Source of the DNA: Eledone cirrhosa | Lineage: Eukaryota | Direction: 5' to 3' | Assembly: GCA_964016885.1 (NCBI GenBank) | Contig: OZ024742.1 | Coordinates: forward strand, 376,402,001 to 376,466,000 | DNA: 64,000 nucleotides | In this document: one piece after another, positions 43,621 through 54,200 of the stretch | Numbering within the stretch: the stretch's first letter is position 1 | Layout of the letters: the number at the start of each line of letters is the position of its first letter | Notes under the pieces: generated by a model | What the model was told of the DNA's origin: nothing | Databases searched by the model: none | The model's input: only the letters and a program-made list of their open reading frames with translations | Program-made: the position numbers and the translations under genes

Positions 43621-44053
43621 CCCTTGCAAGCAGGGAAAAGCAGACATAAAATGATGATGATGATTACTCTCTATATACTATCGTATTTTTGTGGCAAAGG
43701 CTTTACCTCACATAATTATCACACATAATATCGAATCTATGAGATTTTGATATTATTTATTTTGAGAACAATACTTTAACATCAGTGTGAGTAGCTGGTT
43801 ATGGCCGGTTCGAACTGAAAGAGGTTAAAGAACTCTGGCCGGATACGGCCGGTTCAAATGCTAAAGAGTTAAGTATATATATATATTGTTCTATAGTATT
43901 CTTATAAAACCCAGACTTTAAGGTATTGTTCTCAAAATAAATAATAACAAAATTTCATACATTCAATATTATGTGAGATGATTATGTATGGTAAAGACTT
44001 TACCATAAAAATATAATAGTAAATATAGAGTAATGTAAATGATAAAGGTTTAA
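43617..44053. mobile_element. piggyBac-like MITE (type B) with long (about 120-135 bp) inverted arms that contain the satellite A monomer
   Basis: Begins TTAA-CCCTT (43617-43625) and ends AAATGATAAAGGT-TTAA (TTAA at 44050-44053). Arm 43663-43779 is the approximate reverse complement of 43918-44034. Confidence 0.75.
43619..43664 (+). mobile_element. Very short RTE-type 3' tail fragment inside the left terminus of MITE B
   Basis: AACCCTTGCAAGCAGGGAAAAGCAGACATAAAATGATGATGATGAT resembles the RTE end AACCCATGCTAGCGTGGAAGAACGGACGTAAAACGGTGATGATGAT. Confidence 0.7.
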
Positions 44054-44120
44054 AGTTATCAACCCCAGATTGTTAGTTTTACAACAATACTATGTAACAA
44101 CAGTCTCTGTAACAATAGAT

Positions 44121-44985
44121 CATCATCATCATCATCATCATCACCGTTTTACGTCCGTTCTTCCACGCTAGCATGGGTTAGACGGGTTGTCCTGTTGTGG
44201 GCAGTGTCTGGTCGGCTGACCATGCCTTGCTCATACAGGAACTGATCTGGCTTAATTTCTACAGCTGGATGCCCTTCCTAACACCAACCTCATTTACAGT
44301 GAGTGCTGGGTACTTTTTCGTGGCGCCTACACGTCCACTTTACAGTGTGGGCTGGGTGCTTTTTTTGCCGTGGCACCTCCACAACCACCTTACAGTGGGA
44401 GGGTGTGGGGGAATATTGTCTATATGCTTCAGCATGTACCCATGGGAGGTCGGGTACTCTGCATTACTGCGTGACGCCAGAGGTCACAGTCGTGTGTCAT
44501 CGCCTTTGAGAGGTGTAATTGGGTAAAGTCGGCCTTTATCACCTCATCCCAGGTCATCTTGGGTTCCCCACTCCACGGTTTTCATCGACTTCTAGTGCTC
44601 TGCACCTTTTTATGCAGCTGTCACCCTTCATACGCATCACATGTCCATACCAACGCAACCGCCTCTCCTGCACACAGCATTTGATTCCTCTTATGCTCAG
44701 TCTCTCTCTCAATTCATTTATGCTTTGTCGGTCGCGTATATTACTATTACATATCCATCGGAGCATGCAAGCTTCATTTCTCTCTAATCTACGTAAGTCT
44801 TCCACCTTCAGCGCCCAGGTCTCACTACCATGTAACATTGCTGTTCGGAAAGACGCATCATACAGTCTGCCTTTCATTTTGAGGGAGAAGCCTTTTGCAG
44901 CTAGCAGTGGCAGTAGTTCCGTGAATTTCTTCCATCCAGTTCTTACCCTAGTTATTGTACTTTCTGAACACCCACCTCCGCTGCT
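44121..44985 (-). mobile_element. 5'-truncated RTE-clade LINE, copy 1 (865 bp), with 7-bp target-site duplication AATAGAT
   Basis: (CAT)7 tail at 44121-44141. AATAGAT at 44114-44120 and 44986-44992. Encodes the RTE ORF C-terminus. Confidence 0.93.
44429..44985 (-). pseudogene. C-terminal fragment of the RTE LINE reverse transcriptase polyprotein, frameshifted near 44565
   Basis: SSGGGCSESTITRVRTGWKKFTELLPLL...KGRLYDAS.RTAMLHGSETW...MLRWIC...RRLRWYGHVMRM are typical post-RT RTE motifs. A 1-bp deletion relative to copies 2 and 3 converts GRPKMTW to GNPR-stop. The first residues in the ORF track come from satellite sequence. Confidence 0.9.
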
Positions 44986-45715
44986 AATAGATATATAGTT
45001 AAAACCATCAACTCTCACAGATTGTTAGTTTTACAACAATACTATGTAACAGCAGTCTCTGTAACAATAGATATATAGTTAGAACTATCAACTCTCACAG
45101 ATTGTTAGTTTTACAACAATACTATGTAACAGCAGTCTCTGTAACAATAGATATATAGTTAAAACTATCAACTCTCACAGATTGTTAGTTTTACAACGAT
45201 ACTATGTACCAGCAGTCTCTGTAACAATAGATATATAGTTAAAACTATCAACTCTCACAGATTGTTAGTTTTACGACAATACTATGTAGCAGCAGTCTCT
45301 AACAATAGATATATAGTTAAAACCATCAACTCTCACAGATTGTTAGTTTTACAACAATACTATGTAACAGCAGTCTCTGTAACAATAGATATATAGTTAA
45401 AACTATCAACTCTCACAGATTGTTAGTTTTACAACAATACTATGTAACAGCAGTCTCTGTAACAATAGATATATAGTTAAAACCATCAACTCTCACAGAT
45501 TGTTAGTCTTACAACAATACTATGTAACAGCAGTCTCTGTAACAATAGATATATAGTTAAAACTATCAACTCTAAACAGATTGTTAGTTTTACAACAATA
45601 CTATGTAGCAGCAGTCTCTGTAACAATAGATATATAGTTAAAACCATCAACTCTCACAGATTGTTAGTTTTACGACAATACTATGTAGCAGCAGTCTCTG
45701 TAACAATGGATATAT

Positions 45716-46370
45716 CATCATCATCATCATCACCGTTTTACGTCCGTTCTTCCACGCTAGCATGGGTTAGACGGGTTGTCCTGTTGTGTGCAGTGTCTGG
45801 TCGGCTAACCATGCTTTGCTCATACAGGAACTGATCTGGCTTGATTTCTACAGCTGGATGCCCTTCCTAACACCAACCTCATTTACAGTGAGTGCTGGGT
45901 GCTTTTTCGTGGCGCCTACACGTCCACTTTACAGTGTGGGCTGGGTGCTTTTTTGCTGTGGCACCTCCACGACCACCTTGCGGGGGAGGGGGGCATATTG
46001 TTTATATTCTTCAGCATGTACCCATGGGAGGTCGGGTACTCTGTATTACTGCGTGACACCAGAAGTCACGGTCGCGTGTCATTGTCTTTGAGAGGTGTAA
46101 TTGGGTAAGGTCGGCTTTTATCACCTCATCCCAGGTCATCTTGGGTCTCCCCACTCCGCGGTTTCCGTCAACTACTAGTGCTCTGCACCTTTTTATGCAG
46201 CTGTCATCCTTCATACGCATCACATGTCCATACCAGCGCAACCGCCTCTCCTGCACACAGCATTTGATTCCTCTTATGCTCAGTCTCTCTCTCAATTCAT
46301 TTATGCTTTGTCGGTCACGTATATTACTGTTACACATCCATCGGAGCATGAAGGCTTCGTTTCTCTCTAA
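45716..46370 (-). mobile_element. 5'-truncated RTE LINE, copy 2 (655 bp), no target-site duplication
   Basis: Inserted at GGATATAT^AGTTAAAA with the (CAT)n tail from 45716. The satellite resumes in register at 46371. Confidence 0.93.
46011..46370 (-). pseudogene. RTE ORF C-terminal fragment (copy 2)
   Basis: LERNEA.MLRWMC...RRLRWYGHVMRM...RGVGRPKMTWDEVIKADL...stop. No native start codon. Confidence 0.9.
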
Positions 46371-48613
46371 AGTTAAAAATATCAACTGTCACAGATTGTT
46401 AGTTTTACAACAATACTATGTAACAGCAGTCTCTGTAACAATAGATATATAGTTAAAACTATCAACTCTCACAGATTGTTAGTTTTACAACAATACTATG
46501 TAACAACAGTCTCTGTAACAATAGATATATAGTTAAAACTATCAACTCTAAACAGATTGTTAGTTTTACAACAATACTATGTAGCAGCAGTCTCTGTAAC
46601 AATAGATATATAGTTAAAACTATCAACTCTCACAGATTGTTAGTTTTACAACAATACTATGTAACAGCAGTCTCTGTAACAATAGATATATAGTTAAAAC
46701 TATCAACTCTCACCGATTGTTAGTTTAACAACAATACTATGTAACAGCAGTCTCTGTAACAATAGATATATAGTTAAAACCATCAACTCTCACAGATTGT
46801 TACTTTTACAACAATACTATCTAACAGCAGTCTCTGTAACAATAGATATATAGTTAAAAGCATCAACTCTCACAGATTGTTAGTTTTATAACAATACTAT
46901 GTAACAGCAGTCTCTGTAACAATAGATATATAGTTAAAACTATCAACTCTCACAGATTGTTAGTTTTACAACAATACTATGTAACAGCAGTCTCTGTAAC
47001 AATAGATATATAGTTAAAACTATCAACTCTCACAGATTGTTAGTTTTACAACAATACTAAGTAACAGCAGTCTCTGTAACAATAGATATATAGTTAAAAC
47101 CATCAACTCTCACAGATTGTTAGTTTTACAACAATACTATGTAGCAGCAGTCTCTGTAACAATAGATATATAGTTAAAACTATCAACTCTCACAGATTGT
47201 TAGTTTTACAACAATACTATGTAACAGCAGTCTCTGTAACAATAGATATATAGTTAAAACCATCAACTCTCACAGATTGTTAGTTTTACAACAATACTAT
47301 GTAACAGCAGTCTCTGTAACAATAGATATATAGTTAAAACTATCAACTGCCACAGATTGTTAGTTTTACAACAATACTATGTAACAACATTCTCTGTAAT
47401 AATAGATATATAGTTAAAACTATCAACTCTCACAGATTGTTAGTTTTACAACAATACTATGTAACAGCAGTCTCTGTAACAATAGATATATAGTTAAAAC
47501 TATCAACTGTCACAGATTGTTAGTTTTACAACAATACTATGTAACAGCAGTCTCTGTAACAATAGATATATAGTTAAAACTATCAACTGTCACAGATTGT
47601 TAGTTTTACAACAATACTATGTAACAACAGTCTCTGTAACAATAGATATATAGTTAAAACTATCAACTCTAAACAGATTGTTAGTTTTACAACAATACTA
47701 TGTAACAGCAGTCTCTGTAACAATAGATATATAGTTAAAACTATCAACTTTCACCAATTGTTAGTTTTACAACAATACTATGTAACAGCAGTCTCTGTAA
47801 CAATAGATATATAGTTAAAACTATCAACTCTCACAGATTGTTAGTTTTACAACAATACTATGTAACAGCAGTCTCTGTAACAATAGATATATAGTTAAAA
47901 CCATCAACTCTCACAGATTGTTAGTCTTGCAACAATACTATGTAACAGCAGTCTCTGTAACAATAGATATATAGTTAAAACTATCAACTGTCACAGATTG
48001 TTAGTTTTACAACAATACTATGTAACAGCAGTCTCTGTAACAATAGATATATAGTTAAAACTATCAACTGTCACAGATTGTTAGTTTTACAACAATACTA
48101 TGTAACAACAGTCTCTGTAACAATAGATATATAGTTAAAACTATCAACTCTAAACAGATTGTTAGTTTTACAACAATACTATGTAACAGCAGTCTCTGTA
48201 ACAATAGATATATAGTTAAAACTATCAACTTTCACCAATTGTTAGTTTTACAACAATACTATGTAACAGCAGTCTCTGTAACAATAGATATATAGTTAAA
48301 ACTATCAACTCTCACAGATTGTTAGTTTTACAACAATACTATGTAACAGCAGTCTCTGTAACAATAGATATATAGTTAAAACCATCAACTCTCACAGATT
48401 GTTAGTCTTGCAACAATACTATGTAACAGCAGTCTCTGTAACAATAGATATATAGTTAAAACTATCAACTCTCACAGATTGTTAGTTTTACAACAATACT
48501 ATGTAGCAGCAGTCTCTGTAACAATAGATATATAGTTAAAACCATCAACTCTCACAGATTGTTAGTTTTACGACAATACTATGTAGCAGCAGTCTCTGTA
48601 ACAATGGATATAT

Positions 48614-49268
48614 CATCATCATCATCATCACCGTTTTACGTCCGTTCTTCCACGCTAGCATGGGTTAGACGGGTTGTCCTGTTGTGTGCAGTGTCTGGTC
48701 GGCTGACCATGCTTTGCTCATACAGGAACTGATCTGGCTTGATTTCTACAGCTGGATGCGCTTCCTAACACCAACCTCATTTACAGTGAGTGCTGGGTGC
48801 TTTTTCGTGGCGCCTACACGTCCACTTTACAGTGTGGGCTGGGTGCTTTTTTGCTGTGGCACCTCCACGACCACCTTGCGGGGGGGGGGGGCATATTGTT
48901 TATATTCTTCAACATGTACCCATGGGAGGTCGGGTACTCTGTATTACTGCGTGACACCAGAAGTCACGGTCGCGTGTCATTGTTTTTGAGAGGTGTAATT
49001 GGGTAAGGTCGGCTTTTATCACCTCATCCCAGGTCATCTTGGGTCTCCCCACTCCGCGGTTTCCGTCAACTACTAGTGCTCTGCACCTTTTTATGCAGCT
49101 GTCATCCTTCATACGCATCACATGTCCATACCAGCGCAACCGCCTCTCCTGCACACAGCATTTGATTCCTCTTATGCTCAGTCTCTCTCTCAATTCATTT
49201 ATGCTTTGTCGGTCACGTATATTACTGTTACACATCCATCGGAGCATGCAGGCTTCGTTTCTCTCTAA
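48614..49268 (-). mobile_element. RTE LINE copy 3 (655 bp), duplicate of copy 2
   Basis: Same two junctions and same rare flanking variants (TACGACAATACTATGTAGCAGC...CAATGGATATAT), offset 2898 bp. I count about 6 substitutions versus copy 2. Confidence 0.93.
48909..49268 (-). pseudogene. RTE ORF C-terminal fragment (copy 3)
   Basis: Same peptide as copy 2 apart from one visible change (EAC vs EAF). Confidence 0.9.
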
Positions 49269-51299
49269 AGTTAAAACTATCAACTGTCACAGATTGTTAG
49301 TTTTACAACAATACTATGTAACAGCAGTCTCTGTAACAATAGATATATAGTTAAAACTATCAACTCTCACAGATTGTTAGTTTTACAACAATACTATGTA
49401 ACAACAGTCTCTGTAACAATAGATATATAGTTAAAACTATCAACTCTAAACAGATTGTTAGTTTTACAACAATACTATGTAGCAGCAGTCTCTGTAACAA
49501 TAGATATATAATTAAAACTATCAACTCTCACAGATTGTTAGTTTTACAACAATACTATGTAACAGCAGTCTCTGTAACAATAGATATATAGTTAAAACTA
49601 TCAACTCTCACAGATTGTTAGTTTTACGACAATACTATGTAACAGCAGTCTCTGTAACAATAGATATATAGTTAAAACTATCAACTCTCACCGATTGTTA
49701 GTTTAACAACAATACTATGTAACAGCAGTCTCTGTAACAATAGATATATAGTTAAAACCATCAACTCTCACAGATTGTTACTTTTACAACAATACTATGT
49801 AACAGCAGTCTCTGTAACAATAGATATATAGTTAAAACTATCAACTGTCACAGATTGATAGTTTTACAACAATACTGTGTAACAGCAGTCTTTTTAACAA
49901 TAGATATATAGTTAGAACTATCAACTCTCACAGATTGTTACTTTTACAACAATACTATGTAACAACAGACTCTGTAACAATAGATATATAGTTAGAACTA
50001 TCAACTCTCACAGATTGTTACTTTTACAACAATACTATGTACCAGCAGTATCTGTAACAATAGATATACAGTTAAAACTATCACCTCTCACAGATTGTTA
50101 GTTTTACAACAATACTATGTAACAGCAGTCTCTGTAACAATAGATATATAGTTAGAACTATCAACTCTCACAGATTGTTACTTTTACAACAATACTATGT
50201 AACAGCAGTCTCTGTAACAATAGATATATAGTTAAAACTATCAACTCTCACAGATTGTTAGTTTTACAACAATACTATGTAACAACAGACTCTGTAACAA
50301 TAGATATATAGTTAAAACCATCAACTCTCACAGATTGTTACTTTTACAACAATACTATGTAACAGCAGTCTCTGTAACAATAGATATATAGTTAAAACCA
50401 TCAACTCTCACAGATTGTTAGTTTTACAACAATACTATGTAACAGCAGTCTCTGTAACAATAGATATATAGTTAAAACCATCAACTCTCACAGATTGTTA
50501 GTTTTACAACAATACTATGTAACAGCAGTCTCTGTAACAATAGATATATAGTTAAAACTATCAACTGCCACAGATTGTTAGTTTTACAACAATACTATGT
50601 AACAACATTCTCTGTAATAATAGATATATATTTAAAACTATCAACTCTCACAGATTGTTAGTTTTACAACAATACTATGTAACAGCAGTCTCTGTAACAA
50701 TAGATATATAGTTAAAACTATCAACTGTCACAGATTGTTAGTTTTACAACAATACTATGTAACAGCAGTCTCTGTAACAATAGATATATAGTTAAAACTA
50801 TCAACTGTCACAGATTGTTAGTTTTACAACAATACTATGTAACAACAGTCTCTGTAACAATAGATATATAGTTAAAACTATCAACTCTAAACAGATTGTT
50901 AGTTTTACAACAATACTATGTAACAGCAGTCTCTGTAACAATAGATATATAGTTAAAACCATCAACTCTCACAGATTGTTAGTTTTACAACAATACTATG
51001 TAACAGCAGTCTCTGTAACAATAGATATATAGTTAAAACTATCAACTGTCACAGATTGATAGTTTTACAACAATACTATGTAACAGCAGTCTTTGTAACA
51101 ATAGATATATAGTTAGAACTATCAACTCTCACAGATTGTTACTTTTACAACAATACTATGTAACAACAGACTCTGTAACAATAGATATATAGTTAGAACT
51201 ATCAACTCTCACAGATTGTTAATTTTACAACAATACTATGTACCAGCAGTATCTGTAACAATAGATATACAGTTAAAACTATCAACTCTCACAGATTGT

Positions 51300-54200
51300 T
51301 AGTTTTACAACAATACTATGTAACAACAGACTCTGTAACAATAGATATATAGTTAAAACCATCAACTCTCACAGATTGTTACTTTTACAACAATACTATG
51401 TAACAGCAGTCTCTGTAACAATAGATATATAGTTAAAACCATCAACTCTCACAGATTGTTAGTTTTACAACAATACTATGTAACAGCAGTCTCTGTAACA
51501 ATAGATATATAGTTAAAACCATCAACTCTCACAGATTGTTAGTTTTACAACAATACTATGTAACAGCAGTCTCTGTAACAATAGATATATAGTTAAAACT
51601 ATCAACTGCCACAGATTGTTAGTTTTACAACAATACTATGTAACAACATTCTCTGTAATAATAGATATATATTTAAAACTATCAACTCTCACAGATTGTT
51701 AGTTTTACAACAATACTATGTAACAGCAGTCTCTGTAACAATAGATATATAGTTAAAACTATCAACTGTCACAGATTGTTAGTTTTACAACAATACTATG
51801 TAACAGCAGTCTCTGTAACAATAGATATATAGTTAAAACTATCAACTGTCACAGATTGTTAGTTTTACAACAATACTATGTAACAACAGTCTCTGTAACA
51901 ATAGATATATAGTTAAAACTATCAACTCTAAACAGATTGTTAGTTTTACAACAATACTATGTAACAGCAGTCTCTGTAACAATAGATATATAGTTAAAAC
52001 CATCAACTCTCACAGATTGTTAGTTTTACAACAATACTATGTAGCAGCAGTCTCTGTAACAATAGATATATAGTTAAAACCATCAACTGTCACAGATTGA
52101 TAGTTTTACAACAATACTATGTAACAGCAGTCTTTGTAACAATAGATATATAGTTAGAACTATCAACTCTCACAGACTGTTACTTTTACAACAATACTAT
52201 GTAACAGCAGTCTCTGTAACAATAGATATATAGTTAGAACTATCAACTCTCACAGATTGTTACTTTTACAACAATACTATGTAACAGCAGTCTCTGTAAC
52301 AATAGATATATAGTTAGAACTATCAACTCTCACAGATTGTTACTTTTACAACAATACTATGTAACAGCAGTCTCTGTAACAATAGATATATAGTTAGAAC
52401 TATCAACTCTCACAGATTGTTAGTTTTACAACAATACTATGTAACAGCAGTCTCTGTAACAATAGATATATAGTTAAAACTATCAACTCTCACAGATTGT
52501 TAGTTTTACAACAATACTATGTAACAGCAGTCTCTGTAATAATAGATATATAGTTAGACCTATCAACTCTCACAGATTGTTACTTTTACAACAATACTAT
52601 GTAACAACAGACTCTGTAACAATAGATATATAGTTAAAACTATTAACTCTCACAGATTGTTAGTTTTACAACAATACTATGTAACAGCAGTCTCTGTAAC
52701 AATAGATATATAGTTAAAACCATCAACTCTCACAGATTGTTAGTTTTACAACAATACTATGTAACAGCAGTCTCTGTAACAATAGATATATAGTTAAAAC
52801 TATCAACTGCCACAGATTGTAAGTTTTACAACAATACTATGTAACAACATTCTCTGTAATAATAGATATATAGTTAAAACCATCAACTCTCACAGATTGT
52901 TAGTTTTACAACAATACTATGTAACAGCAGTCTCTGTAACAATAGATATATAGTTAAAACTATCAACTCTCAGAGATTGTTAGTTTTACAACAATACTAT
53001 GTAACAGCAGTCTCTGTAACAATAGATATATAGTTAGAACTATCAACTCTCACAGATTGTTACTTTTACAACAATACTATGTAACAGCAGTCTCTGTAAC
53101 AATAGATATATAGTTAAAACTATCAACTCTCACAGATTGTTAGTTTTACAACAATACTATGTAACAACAGACACTGTAACAATAGATATATAGTTAAAAC
53201 CATCAACTCTTACAGATTGTTACTTTTACAACAATACTATGTAACAGCAGTCTCTGTAACAATAGATATATAGTTAAAACTATCAACTCTCACAGATTGT
53301 TAGTTTTACAACAATACTATGTAACAGCAGTCTCTGTAACAATAGATATATAGTTAAAACCATCAACTCTCACAGATTGTTAGTTTTACAACAATACTAT
53401 GTAACAGCAGTCTCTGTAACAATAGATATATAGTTAAAACTATCAACTGCCACAGATTGTTAGTTTTACAACAATACTATGTAACAACATTCTCTGTAAT
53501 AATAGATATATAGTTAAAACTATCAACTCTCACAGAGTGTTAGTTTTACAACAATACTATGTAACAACAGTCTCTGTAACAATAGATATATAGTTAAAAC
53601 TATCAACTCTAAAGAGATTGTTAGTTTTACAACAATACTATGTAACAGCAGTCTCTGTAACAATAGATATATAGTTAAAACTATCAACTCTCACCGATTG
53701 TTAGTTTTACAACAATACTATGTAACAGCAGTCTCTGTAACAATAGATATATAGTTAAAACCATCAACTCTCACAGATTGTTAGTTTTACAACAATACTA
53801 TGTAACAGCAGTCTCTGTAACAATAGATATATAGTTAAAACTATCAACTGTCACAGATTGTTAGTTTTACAACAATACTATGTAACAGCAGTCTCTGTAA
53901 CAATAGATATATAGTTAAAACTATCAACTCTCAGAGATTGTTAGTTTTACAACAATACTATGTAACAACAGTCTCTGTAACAATAGATATATAGTTAAAA
54001 CTATCAACTCTAAACAGATTGTTAGTTTTACAACAATACTATGTAACAGCAGTCTCTGTAACAATAGATATATAGTTAAAACTATCAACTCTCACCGATT
54101 GTTAGTTTTACAACAATACTATGTAACAGCAGTCTCTGTAACAATAGATATATAGTTAAAACCATCAACTCTCACAGATTGTTACTTTTACAACAATACT

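Noticed and set aside
42100-45100. Common ancestry of satellites A and B (shared ACAATAG, TATAG, ATGTAA words)
   Set aside because: No collinear alignment is visible on either strand, and each satellite has its own distinct progenitor in the island.
44121-49268. Active or domesticated reverse transcriptase gene
   Set aside because: All copies are 5'-truncated downstream of the catalytic RT core and lack endonuclease and start codon. Copy 1 is also frameshifted.
44197-49350. Plus-strand ORFs of 68-159 aa overlapping the LINE copies
   Set aside because: Antisense or UTR shadow frames of the RTE fragments with no recognisable motifs.
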